Shown in pieces: positions 28,359-37,763 of a stretch of 64,000 nucleotides of DNA; the stretch's first letter is position 1; every line of letters begins with the position of its first letter. This DNA comes from Gemmatimonadota bacterium. Its GTDB lineage: Bacteria; Gemmatimonadota; Gemmatimonadetes; Longimicrobiales; Gaopeijiaceae. The notes beneath the pieces are model-generated. The model searched no databases. It saw only the letters and a program-made list of their open reading frames with translations, and was not told where the DNA came from. The translations under genes and the position numbers were made by a program. The stretch lies in NCBI GenBank assembly GCA_039589315.1, contig JBDHHQ010000013.1, positions 96,001-160,000 of the forward strand, in the 5' to 3' direction.

Positions 28359-29606
28359 CTAGTCGAACTTGAGTAGCTCCGCGAGCTCTTCGGGAGTGAG
28401 ATCCTGTCCGAGACGCGCACCCATCCCCCGTGATCGGAGCTTGGGGCCTGTCTTCTCCTCCCGCATGGACGTGCCGGCGTAATCATACTCTGGCAAGTGG
28501 ACCCGATCGAGAGGATGGCCCAGCCTGTACTCCAGGCTCTTCAGCGCCCCCAAATCCCCGGCCGTCACGAAGGTGACGGCGGTGCCGGTGGCGCCGGCTC
28601 GACCCGTGCGGCCGATCCGGTGCACGTAGTCCTCGGGATCCAACGGGATGTCGTAGTTGACCACATGGGAGATGCCTTCGACGTCCAGCCCGCGCTGGGC
28701 GATGTCCGTCGCCACGAGGACCCGGACCTTGCCGCTGGCGAATCGGTCCAGCGCCCGGGTCCGGTGCCTCATCTGGCGGTCCGAGTGCATCACGTCGGCC
28801 GACACCGCTGCCCGCTCCAGCCGCGTCTGAAGAGCGTCGGCGCCACGCTTGGTCCGGGTGAATACGAGCACGTGGTCCCACTCCGGCGTCTCGAGCAGCT
28901 CGAGCAGCAGGTCCGGCTTCCGGGACGGCTTGACGAAGTAGGCCAGCTGGGAGATGCCCTCGGCCGTGGTGCCGGAGGGTGTGGCCTCGAGCCACGCGGC
29001 GTCGTGAGTGATCCTCAGCGCCAGCGCGTGCACGCCGTGGGGCATGGTAGCGGAGAACAACATGGTCTGCCGCTTCCGTGGCATGGTCCTCATGATCGAC
29101 TCGATCTGAGGGCGGAATCCCATGTCCAGCATCCGATCCGCCTCGTCGAGGATCAGGAAGCGGACCCCCGAGAGGTCCACGTTCTTGCGCTGCAGGTGAT
29201 CCATGAACCGCCCGGGAGTGGCCACGATGACCTCGAAGCCCTGCTGGAGCGCGTCGATCTGCGGACCGTACTTCACGCCGCCGTAGATGGCCTCGCAGCG
29301 AATGCTGGTTCCCTTGGAGAGGGCCTTGGTGTCGTCGGCCACCTGCTGCGCCAGCTCCCGGGTGGGGCAGAGGATCAGGGCCTGCAACCCGGCGCCAGCG
29401 TTGATCCGCTCCAGGGTCGGAATCATGAACCCGGCCGTCTTACCGGTCCCGGTCTGGGCGATGCCCACCACGTCGGATCCGGCCATGGCCACGGGTATGG
29501 ACTTCTCCTGGATCGGTGTGGGCTCCGACCAGCCCAGAGCTTCCACGGCCGCAAGGACGGCCTCACTCAGATCCAGGTCCCGGAATTCCTTGGTGCCTTC
29601 GCTCAA
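28359..29606 (-). CDS. DEAD-box RNA helicase (RhlE-like), intact
   Basis: Q motif, 'AQTGTGKT', 'PTRELA', 'TPGR', 'DEAD', 'SAT', 'HRIGRTGRAG'; TTG start after GAGGGAG. Confidence 0.95.
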   Translation of the reverse strand: MSEGTKEFRDLDLSEAVLAAVEALGWSEPTPIQEKSIPVAMAGSDVVGIAQTGTGKTAGFMIPTLERINAGAGLQALILCPTRELAQQVADDTKALSKGTSIRCEAIYGGVKYGPQIDALQQGFEVIVATPGRFMDHLQRKNVDLSGVRFLILDEADRMLDMGFRPQIESIMRTMPRKRQTMLFSATMPHGVHALALRITHDAAWLEATPSGTTAEGISQLAYFVKPSRKPDLLLELLETPEWDHVLVFTRTKRGADALQTRLERAAVSADVMHSDRQMRHRTRALDRFASGKVRVLVATDIAQRGLDVEGISHVVNYDIPLDPEDYVHRIGRTGRAGATGTAVTFVTAGDLGALKSLEYRLGHPLDRVHLPEYDYAGTSMREEKTGPKLRSRGMGARLGQDLTPEELAELLKFD

Positions 29607-29859
29607 ACGCTCAGCTCCCTCTTGACCAGTCCGGCACGCCGGCCCACCGTCGCCACGCGTCGCGACCCAGGGGGGCCGGCAACGGTGCTCTCCGAGTTCG
29701 AGAGCGAGGGACCCCAACGAAAGCGCGGGGCCGTGGGTGCCGGCGAGTGGGTGTAGTGTAGCTGATTCCCGCGTCTCGACACAGTGGCCGCACATCTCGT
29801 GTGGTGCCTCGGAAGTCCCGTGGTCACCGAGAGCACAATACCTCAACACCCGGACGCCC

Positions 29860-30336
29860 ATGGAGATCTCGGTCCTGTTCGTCTGCCTCGGCAACATCTG
29901 CCGATCTCCCCTCGCCGAGGGCATCTTCCAGAGCCTCGTGGACGAGGCGGGTCTCTCTCATCTGTTCAAGGTGGATTCGGCGGGCACGGGCTCTTGGCAC
30001 GTCGGCGAGCCCCCCGACCCGAGAGCGCAGGGCGTCGCCCGGGAGAACGGCGTCCGCCTGCTGGGCAGGGCTCGACGCCTCGCGGCGGCCGATCTGGCGA
30101 CCTTCGACTGGGTCGTCGCCATGGACCGGAGCAATCGCAGTTCCATCGAGTCCCTGTCGGGCCCCTCGGACGCGGCGCGGATCCACCTGCTCAGGGAGTT
30201 CGACCCGGAAGCCGGTGATCCCGACGTGCCGGATCCCTACTACGGCGGCCCTGGCGGCTTCCAGGAAGTCTTCGACATCGTCGACCGCTCGTGCAGGGTG
30301 CTTCTGGACCACGTCCTCGAGGAGTCCGGGGATTGA
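29860..30336 (+). CDS. Low-molecular-weight protein-tyrosine phosphatase
   Basis: P-loop 'CLGNICRS', 'DSAGT', 'DPYY'. Confidence 0.95.
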   Translation: MEISVLFVCLGNICRSPLAEGIFQSLVDEAGLSHLFKVDSAGTGSWHVGEPPDPRAQGVARENGVRLLGRARRLAAADLATFDWVVAMDRSNRSSIESLSGPSDAARIHLLREFDPEAGDPDVPDPYYGGPGGFQEVFDIVDRSCRVLLDHVLEESGD

Positions 30337-31250
30337 CCCACTCCGTACCGGCTGCGGTCAATCACGGCTTGATCCACCTCCTGGCCGAGCGGACGGGCCG
30401 CACCCCGACGCTGACCGGGTCCAGCTCGGTGACCGGCGGATGCATCAACTCGGCCGCGTGTGTCGACACCGACTCCGGCGACCGGGTGTTCGTGAAGTGG
30501 AACGCTCATGCGCCCGCTGACTTCTTTCGCCGAGAGGCCGAGGGACTGGAAGCCCTTGCCGCCACCGGACCGTTACGCATCCCCGAGGTCCTGGGTCTGT
30601 CCGCCCCGGGGTCCCCAGGCCCGCCGTGGCTGGCGCTGGAGTACGTGCCGTCGGGCCGCACGGACCGGCGATTCGACGAGTTGCTCGGCGCGGGACTGGG
30701 GGACCTCCATGCCCCATCCGCTTCGGTGAGCCGCTTTGGATGGGCCACAGACAACTACATCGGGTCCATCGAGCAGCCCAACGGCTGGGACGACGACTGG
30801 GCCGGCTTCTGGCGGGACCGGAGGCTGGCGTGTCAGCTGGAATCCGCGGCGACCCACTTCACGTCGTCCGACCGCACGGACTTCCACACCCTTTTCCGGG
30901 AGTTGGATGGACTGCTCGAGGCGGGAGGCGCCGAGGGATCTTCACTGCTCCACGGCGACCTCTGGAGCGGCAACGTCTATGCGGATAGCGAGGGTCAACC
31001 GGTCCTCATTGATCCGGCCGTTTACCGCGGCCACCGGGAGGTCGACCTTGCCATGTCGGAGCTATTCGGCGGGTTCGGGTCCCGCTTCTACGAGGCGTAC
31101 GGCGACGCCCGGCCCCTGTCTGAGGGCTATGCGGAATCGAGGAGGGCCGTCTACCAGCTCTACCCCCTCCTGGTCCACGTCAACCTCTTCGGCCAAGGGT
31201 ACGTGGACAGCGCGCGGCGAGCTCTCCGGAATGCCTTGGGCGCGGCATGA
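30333..31250 (+). CDS. Fructosamine kinase family protein
   Basis: 'GGCIN', 'FVK', 'E.EGL', 'LLHGDLWSGN', 'IDPAVY.GHREVDLAM..LFGGF'; TTGA overlap with the phosphatase. Confidence 0.93.
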   Translation: MTHSVPAAVNHGLIHLLAERTGRTPTLTGSSSVTGGCINSAACVDTDSGDRVFVKWNAHAPADFFRREAEGLEALAATGPLRIPEVLGLSAPGSPGPPWLALEYVPSGRTDRRFDELLGAGLGDLHAPSASVSRFGWATDNYIGSIEQPNGWDDDWAGFWRDRRLACQLESAATHFTSSDRTDFHTLFRELDGLLEAGGAEGSSLLHGDLWSGNVYADSEGQPVLIDPAVYRGHREVDLAMSELFGGFGSRFYEAYGDARPLSEGYAESRRAVYQLYPLLVHVNLFGQGYVDSARRALRNALGAA

Positions 31251-31279
31251 CGAAGGTCTGCACCACGCCTGACGAGGAT

Positions 31280-31945
31280 TCAACCCACTTTCACGGCCAC
31301 GGCTAGCCCGTCACCGACGGGCAAGACGGTACCCGCAAGGCGGGACTCCCGGGCGAGGTGTTCGTTGAACGCCTGGATGCCGCGCGTGGCGTCGTCCTCG
31401 GCCTCCTCCAGCACTCTGCCGCTCCAGAAGGCGTTGTCCGCCAGGAGCAACCCCCCCGGCCGCAGGAGTCGGAGGGCTTCCTGGACGTAGCCTACGTAGC
31501 CCTCCTTGTCGGCGTCGAGAAACACCACGTCGAAGGAGCCATCGGGCCCGAGACGGGGGAGGAGCTCCCGGGCGTCGCCCACCCGCACGTCGACCGACTC
31601 GGACAGCCCGGCCCGGGCGACGAAGTCCCGTGCGAGCTCCGCGTGGCGGGGGTCCAGCTCGAGCGAGGTCAACCGGCCGTTCCGGGCCAGCGCCCGACCC
31701 ATCCAGATGGCGGAGTAGCCGCCCAGGGTCCCCACCTCCAGCACCCTTCTTCCCCCGGATGCCGCTACCAGGAGCTGCAGCAGGCGGCCCGTCGACGACG
31801 AAACCTGGATCTCGGGGAATCCGTGATCCTTCAGCGCCTGCCGCAACGCGACCAAAACGTCGTCCTCCTGCGCGAATCGCTCCTCGACGTATCGTTGCAG
31901 TGCGGCGATCAGCTCGTCTTCACCCTCGCAAGCCCTGTCGGTCAT
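31280..31945 (-). CDS. O-methyltransferase (caffeoyl-CoA/catechol OMT family)
   Basis: 'LEVGTLGGYS', 'FDVVFLDADK', 'ADN'. Confidence 0.92.
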   Translation of the reverse strand: MTDRACEGEDELIAALQRYVEERFAQEDDVLVALRQALKDHGFPEIQVSSSTGRLLQLLVAASGGRRVLEVGTLGGYSAIWMGRALARNGRLTSLELDPRHAELARDFVARAGLSESVDVRVGDARELLPRLGPDGSFDVVFLDADKEGYVGYVQEALRLLRPGGLLLADNAFWSGRVLEEAEDDATRGIQAFNEHLARESRLAGTVLPVGDGLAVAVKVG

Positions 31946-31953
31946 CGAGCGCC

Positions 31954-33162
31954 TCAGGCCCCGGCCGCGCCGGCGCCAGTGACCGCCTCTGCCAGCCGAT
32001 GGATGGCCTGCTCGAGGAGCTCGTCCGACGTGGCGAAGCTGAGACGGACGAAGCGGTCGTCGCCGAAGGCCACTCCCGGGACCATGGCGACCCCTGTCTC
32101 CTCCAGCATGCGCGTGCACCAGGCGGACGAATCGGCGCAATCCTCGTCGAAGAGCGAGTCGACTCGGAAGAACAAGTAGAACGCGCCTCGGGGCTCGACG
32201 AACGGCAGGTCCGGTAGCGCCTGACGGAACAGACCCGTCACCAGGTCCCTACGCCGGCGAAAAGCGGCCGTCATCTCGGCGGCCGAGGCGAGGGCCCTCT
32301 CCGGGTCGCCGTACGCGGTCAACGCCGCCATCTGAGAGGGGGCAGCCGCGTTGGACGTCATGTGGCTCTGCAGCGCGCTCATCTTGCCCGCCACTTCGGG
32401 CGCGGTGTACGCATAGCCGATTCTCCAGCCGGTCATGGCCCAGCTCTTGGAGACACCGTCGATCAGGACGAAGTCGCCGAGGGCGTCGGCCGGCAGGCTC
32501 AGGAGACCGGCCGCGGCGGACTCCTCCGCGCCGTAGTAGATGTGCCGGTAGATCTCGTCGGTAATCAGCCAGACTCCCCGGTCCCGAGACCAGCGAGCCA
32601 CGGCCTCCAGCTCCGCCTTGCCGTAGACGGCCCCCGTAGGATTCGACGGCGACGAGAGGATCAGTCCCTTCGTCCGGTGGGTGGCGGCCCGATCCAGGTC
32701 CTCCGGTGCCAAGAGAAACTCCCGCGACTCGGCACCGGCGACGAACACCGGCTCCGCCCGGGCGAGGGTCACGATCTGCGGGTAGCTCGTCCAATACGGC
32801 GACCCGATGAGCACTTCGTCACCGGGCCCGAAGAGCGTGAAGGCCGCGTTGAACAGCGACTGCTTGGCGCCGTTGCCCACCACGATGCCGTCCGCCGTCA
32901 CCGCGCGGCCGCTTTCGTGGGCCATGAACCCGGCGATGGCCTGACGAAGCGCCGGCATGCCTGGCGTGGGCGTGTACCGGGTCCGACCGTCACGGATCCC
33001 TCCCACCGCACCGTCGGAGATCCACGTGGGCGTGTCGAAGTCCGGCTCGCCGGCGCTGAGGTTGATGATGTCCCGTCCCTCCGCCGTCAGCTTCTTCGCG
33101 AGCGTGCTCACGGCGATGGTGGCGGACGGTTGCAGTCGGCTGATGTTCTCGCTGAAGCCCAT
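31954..33162 (-). CDS. Aspartate aminotransferase family, class I/II PLP enzyme
   Basis: 'GEPDFDTP', 'SPSNPTG', 'DEIY', 'SKSWAMTGWRIG'. Confidence 0.92.
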   Translation of the reverse strand: MGFSENISRLQPSATIAVSTLAKKLTAEGRDIINLSAGEPDFDTPTWISDGAVGGIRDGRTRYTPTPGMPALRQAIAGFMAHESGRAVTADGIVVGNGAKQSLFNAAFTLFGPGDEVLIGSPYWTSYPQIVTLARAEPVFVAGAESREFLLAPEDLDRAATHRTKGLILSSPSNPTGAVYGKAELEAVARWSRDRGVWLITDEIYRHIYYGAEESAAAGLLSLPADALGDFVLIDGVSKSWAMTGWRIGYAYTAPEVAGKMSALQSHMTSNAAAPSQMAALTAYGDPERALASAAEMTAAFRRRRDLVTGLFRQALPDLPFVEPRGAFYLFFRVDSLFDEDCADSSAWCTRMLEETGVAMVPGVAFGDDRFVRLSFATSDELLEQAIHRLAEAVTGAGAAGA

Positions 33163-33464
33163 GGCTACGGCTCTCTCGTCTCACGTCGGTCGGGGATGCG
33201 ACGCCGTCCTCCCTGTGGACCGCGCCCGCGGAAAGATCGGCGCCTCTCCCCGACCGATCAACCCGGAGTGCTCGGCGGGCCACCCGTCGCCGGCTCGCCG
33301 GCCGACTCGTTTGACCGACCCGGGCTGAAGTGCGCGATCGGTAGCGGCGAACCGTCGGATCGGCGAGCTTTCTTCCCTCCGGTCCTCCCGGCCGCCGAAC
33401 GGGCTCCAGGCTCGTGGTCGCCGGATGGCCCGTGCCTGTTCGTCCGGCCCTCGAGAGGAGCCGC

Positions 33465-35096
33465 ATGGAATCGTTCGAAGAGCTCGGCCTCGACGCCGCC
33501 CTGGTGGAGGCGCTCGCCGCCGAGGGGCTGGAGCGTCCGACCGCGTTCCAGCAGGCCGCCGTCCCCGTGATGCGACGGGGAAACAACCTGATCGGCCGAG
33601 CCGGCCCGGGGAGCGGGTGCGGGGTGGCCGTGGCGGCCGCCCTCCTGGCCCGGCTGGACCCGGAGGCTGACGCGACCCGTGCCCTGATCCTGGCCCCGAG
33701 CCGCGACGCAGCTCACCGCGGAGCCGAGGCGCTTGCGCGACTCGCGCTGAGCACGGGGCACCGCCTCGCGGCCCTCGGCTCACCATGGGCGCTGCCGGAG
33801 CGAGCAGCGATCCTCTTCGGCACGCCCGGTGATCTCCTCTCGGCCGTGCGGGCCTCCCGGATCAAGCTGGACGAGCTCGCCACGCTGGTCGTGGACGGCG
33901 CGGCCACAATGGTGGAGCTCGGCGAGCTGCCGGCGCTGGAGGCGCTCTTCGAGATCGTGCCAGCAGAGGCCCAACGAATCCTCCTGTCCCTCCCGTTCAC
34001 CGCCGAGGTGGAGGACCTGGCGGAGCGCCACGTGCGCAAGGCCGTTCACGTGCCGCCTCGTTCCGTGGGGGGCGCCGACCAGCGGGCGTCCGTCGACCGT
34101 GGTGGCCTCGGGTACAGGGTGGCGGGTGACGACCGTTCGGCGACGCTCCTAGATACCGTGGCCAGCGCGCTGGGCGACGATGTCCCTCACGTGCTCGTCT
34201 TCTTCTCGTCCGAGGATCGCGCTGCCGATCTGGGAGACTTCCTCACGCTCCACGGCTTCACTGCCGGGGCGCCGGGAGACACTGCCGTCCCCGTGTGGCT
34301 GGCCGTGGAGGAGCTCGAGGCACGGCAGATCCTCAAGGACTTCGGGGGCTTGGAAGAAGTGGCGACCGTGAGCTGCGACGTCCCGGGAGACCCCGACGCC
34401 CTCGACCGACGACACGGAATCGGCAGCGGCGGCACCGTCCTCCTCGTCCCCGCTGAGCTCCCCCACGTCCGTGACTGCGCCACGCGCGCCGGCTATAGGC
34501 TGACGCCCCAGCCCGAGGGAGGCCCGCCGCCGCGGATCACCTCCCGGCTTCAGCAGCTCAGGGACCGGGTCACCCGTGCCCTCCAGGAGAGCGACCTTTC
34601 CGGGGAGTTCCTCATCCTCGAGCCTCTGTTCGAAACCCACTCCCCGGCCGAGGTGGCTGCCGCCGTTCTCTCGCTGGCGCGTGACACGGCTCCCCCGGCC
34701 GACGTCACGGCCGGACGCGCCTCGGAGGGCCGGATCACCCCCAGGCCGGGCACGGCCTGGTCTCGTTTGTTCATCAGCGTGGGGTCCAGGGACGGGATCG
34801 GCCCCGGGGACCTGGTCGGCGCCATATCCGGTGAGGCCGGCGTCAAGGGCTCTCAGGTCGGGAAGATCGAGATCCGCGACACGTTCTCGCTCGTGGAAGT
34901 GGAGCAGGGCGTGGCGGAACGGGTGATCCAAGCCCTCAACGGAACGACGCTACGGGGGCGTAGCACCCGGGTGGACTACGACCGCGGGTCGAGGCCCGGT
35001 GGGCGAGGCGGCCCACCGCGGGGTAAGGCACGGGCCCCCCGCGGACGCAGCTCGGGGGGAGGAGGCCCGCGGGCCGGCGGTCGGCCCGGCGGCTGA
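33465..35096 (+). CDS. DeaD/CsdA-like protein with degenerate helicase motifs, DbpA-type RNA-binding domain and RGG tail
   Basis: Q-motif 'FEELGL...PTAFQ' and 'RLFISVGSRDGIGPGDLVGAI' retained; motifs I, II, III and VI altered; RBS GAGGAG. Confidence 0.8.
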   Translation: MESFEELGLDAALVEALAAEGLERPTAFQQAAVPVMRRGNNLIGRAGPGSGCGVAVAAALLARLDPEADATRALILAPSRDAAHRGAEALARLALSTGHRLAALGSPWALPERAAILFGTPGDLLSAVRASRIKLDELATLVVDGAATMVELGELPALEALFEIVPAEAQRILLSLPFTAEVEDLAERHVRKAVHVPPRSVGGADQRASVDRGGLGYRVAGDDRSATLLDTVASALGDDVPHVLVFFSSEDRAADLGDFLTLHGFTAGAPGDTAVPVWLAVEELEARQILKDFGGLEEVATVSCDVPGDPDALDRRHGIGSGGTVLLVPAELPHVRDCATRAGYRLTPQPEGGPPPRITSRLQQLRDRVTRALQESDLSGEFLILEPLFETHSPAEVAAAVLSLARDTAPPADVTAGRASEGRITPRPGTAWSRLFISVGSRDGIGPGDLVGAISGEAGVKGSQVGKIEIRDTFSLVEVEQGVAERVIQALNGTTLRGRSTRVDYDRGSRPGGRGGPPRGKARAPRGRSSGGGGPRAGGRPGG

Positions 35097-35236
35097 GCCC
35101 GGTACGCCGGGCGGTGAGCAGGCCTGCAGGGTCACGCCGGCACGGGCAGCTCGGTCTACGGGTCGACCCGCCACGGGATCGTCCGGCCTGAACGGCCGGG
35201 CCTGCCCTCCCCGCAGACCGATCGGCCGCAGGTGCC

Positions 35237-35521
35237 CTACCGCATGGACTCCTTCAGACCCTTCCCCGCGCGGAATGCCGGTGCCCGGGACGCCGCGATC
35301 TGTATCGCCTCACCCGTGCGAGGATTGCGGCCGGTACGAGCCTTGCGGTTCTTGCACTCGAACGTGCCGAACCCGGCGATCTGGACCCGCTCGCCGGTGT
35401 CCAACGCTGTGGAGATGAGGCCGCCGTGCGGGGCGAACAACTCATCGATGGCCGTGGCCGACGCCGCCTTGGTCATGCCGGTTCTGGCAGCGAGGGCATC
35501 GACGAGGTCGGACTTGTTCAT
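35237..35521 (-). CDS. hup: HU family DNA-binding protein
   Basis: 'MNKSDLV', 'GFGTF', 'ARTGRNPRTGE', 'PAFRAGKGLK'. Confidence 0.95.
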   Translation of the reverse strand: MNKSDLVDALAARTGMTKAASATAIDELFAPHGGLISTALDTGERVQIAGFGTFECKNRKARTGRNPRTGEAIQIAASRAPAFRAGKGLKESMR

Positions 35522-35796
35522 GGGCTGACTCCTCTCGAGGGTGTCGGGTGGGGCGGTGACGAGGAACCGGGTAGAGCCGAGTGCCTGCACCCCTGACGCC
35601 CCGCGACCTGGGGGAGCGCAGGAGGGCAGGAAACCTCCGAAAACCGTTGAAATACATGTGTTTTCGCAGGCTCGCACGAGGGTCCACTACAGGGTACACC
35701 TGGCCCAGAGGGGAGTCAATAGAAGAGTGGCCGAGAAGGCCCGTGCCACCTAGGTTCCCAGCGTCAACGGCCCCCGATCCACCCTGACCCGGCTCC

Positions 35797-36813
35797 ATGC
35801 GCACCTTCACCGTCCGGTTCGCCGCCGCGGCAGGCTACTTCGGTGCCTTGACGGTCATCGGAACCGTCGGATACCGGGTCATCGAGGAGTGGTCGCTCCT
35901 CGACGCCCTGTACATGACGGCCATCACCCTGACGTCCGTCGGGTACGAAGAGGTGCATCCCCTGTCGGAGGTTGGGCAGATTTTCACGATGTTCCTGCTC
36001 GTCGGGGGCATCACCGGCATCGGGATCTGGTTCGCGCTGATCACCGCCTTCATCGTCGAAATCGATCTGACGGATCTGCTGAGGCGTCGAAGGAACGAAA
36101 GGGAGCTCGTCAGAATGAATGACCACGTCGTCGTCTGCGGTGCAGGCCGCACCGGACGTCAGGTGATCGAGGAGCTCGTAGCCACGGGCCAGCCGTTCGT
36201 GGTGATCGAACGCGACCGACGCATCGTCGAGGAGCTGTACGAGGTGCTCCCTGAAGGCCTGGTGATCACGGGTGACGCCACGCTGGATCACAACCTGGAG
36301 GAGGCGAGAGTTGAAACGGCTCGTGCCCTGGTGGCGTCGCTGAGCGCCGATGCGGACAACCTGTTCGTCTGCCTCTCCGCCCGTCACCTCAGCCCCGACC
36401 TGATGATCGTCGCCAGGGCCCACGAAGAGCAGGCCATGGACAAGATGTTGCGGGCGGGCGCCGACCGGGTGGTCAGCCCGAACGTGAGCAGCGCCGTTCA
36501 GATGGCGTCGTTCATCGTGCGACCGTCGGTCATGTCCCTCCTGGACGTAATGACCCACTCGGGCGACCTGTCCCTGCGGCTCGAGCAGGCGGAGATCCCC
36601 TCGACCTCAACGCTGGCGGGACAGACGCTGCTGGATGCCGCGATTCCTCAACGGACCGGCCTGATCGTGATCGCGGTCGAGAAGGACACGGACGGCGAAC
36701 GGCGGTTCCTCTTCAATCCGGTGGCCTCGACCCGGCTGGATGCGGGGGACGAGCTGATCGTCCTCGGCGAGCCGGAGCAGGTCGATACGCTCCGCCGTTA
36801 CGTGGGGTCGTAG
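35797..36813 (+). CDS. Two-TM potassium channel family protein with RCK (TrkA-N, TrkA-C) domains
   Basis: 'DALYMTAITLTSVGY', 'VVCGAGRTG', 'GDAT', 'AGADRVVSP'. Confidence 0.92.
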   Translation: MRTFTVRFAAAAGYFGALTVIGTVGYRVIEEWSLLDALYMTAITLTSVGYEEVHPLSEVGQIFTMFLLVGGITGIGIWFALITAFIVEIDLTDLLRRRRNERELVRMNDHVVVCGAGRTGRQVIEELVATGQPFVVIERDRRIVEELYEVLPEGLVITGDATLDHNLEEARVETARALVASLSADADNLFVCLSARHLSPDLMIVARAHEEQAMDKMLRAGADRVVSPNVSSAVQMASFIVRPSVMSLLDVMTHSGDLSLRLEQAEIPSTSTLAGQTLLDAAIPQRTGLIVIAVEKDTDGERRFLFNPVASTRLDAGDELIVLGEPEQVDTLRRYVGS

Positions 36814-36922
36814 CATTCGTGCCGGTCCCTGCGCGTGCCGGCACCGTCTCGGTAGCCAACCGACCGGGGCGCCACCCTTCTGGCACGGGCGTCCCGCGCA
36901 CCTCGTCCCCCCCTCACATGCG

Positions 36923-36960
36923 AGTGGGGGGAGCCCGTCCCCGGGCTCCCCCCACTTCAT
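36923..36960. terminator. Hairpin terminator between convergent genes
   Basis: 15-bp perfect stem AGTGGGGGGAGCCCG/CGGGCTCCCCCCACT with 4-nt loop, followed by TCATTT. Confidence 0.7.
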
Positions 36961-37011
36961 TTCGCGCGACGGACCTTCCCTCTCAGGGTGTCCGTCTCGG
37001 CCACCGAGCGT

Positions 37012-37257
37012 TCAGCTCGCGCTTTCCTCGGCGCTCTTCCTCTTCAGCCATCTGATCGCCAGAACCACCAGCAGGACCACGAGGCCGATCTTGAGGCCCA
37101 GCAGCGCCCAACCCAGGACCATCGATCCGAGGGTGGCCAGCCACCCCATGAGGATGGCGGCGAGAGCGGCCCACAGGGGCGCAAGGAGGGTCGCCAGGAT
37201 CTTGAGCAGCGCCGCGCCGGTCAATCCAGCGACGAACAAGGTGCCGAAGGCTCTCAT
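37012..37257 (-). CDS. Small hydrophobic membrane protein, 81 aa
   Basis: RBS GGGAGG; nearly all hydrophobic with a basic C-terminus. Confidence 0.7.
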   Translation of the reverse strand: MRAFGTLFVAGLTGAALLKILATLLAPLWAALAAILMGWLATLGSMVLGWALLGLKIGLVVLLVVLAIRWLKRKSAEESAS

Positions 37258-37427
37258 CGGGTTCCTCCCGCGGAACTCGTGAATCTTGCTGTGTCGTATC
37301 GAGCCCCGGAGGGGCCCGACGTTCATGCGTTAGACAACCGAAGTGGGCAAAAGCGTTGTAGCGGGCCCGTGTATCGGTGTTGCTCGCCGATCCCTACGGG
37401 GTCGGCCCAGGAGAGGTTTCAGGAAAG

Positions 37428-37643
37428 CTACTTGTAACGGTAGGTGACCCGGCCCCGGGTCAGGTCGTACGGGGACATCTCGACCTTCACCCGGTCGCCT
37501 TCCAGGACGCGGATGTAATGCTGCCGCATCTTGCCGGAGAGGTAGGCCAGGATCTCGTGCCCGTTCTCCAGCTCGACACGGAAGTTCGCATTGGGGAGCA
37601 CCTCGGTGACGGTGCCCTCGATCTCGATGGCGTCTTTTGCCAC
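37428..37643 (-). CDS. infA: Translation initiation factor IF-1
   Basis: '[13 protein letters not shown]', 'SGKMR', '[12 protein letters not shown]'. Confidence 0.98.
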   Translation of the reverse strand: MAKDAIEIEGTVTEVLPNANFRVELENGHEILAYLSGKMRQHYIRVLEGDRVKVEMSPYDLTRGRVTYRYK

Positions 37644-37763
37644 GTACTCTTCCTGCTCGCAGGGGTTGTCGGACTCCCCCGAGGATAGCGGAGAGGCACC
37701 CGTACCGCAACGATTTTCCGGTGGGTGGGCGGTGCGATCGAGAGAGTGATCGTGCCGGTCGAA

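Noticed and set aside
35638..35666. CGAAAAC...GTTTTCG inverted repeat in the AT-rich region upstream of HU
   Set aside because: Short arms, compatible with ordinary promoter sequence; not enough to call an operator.
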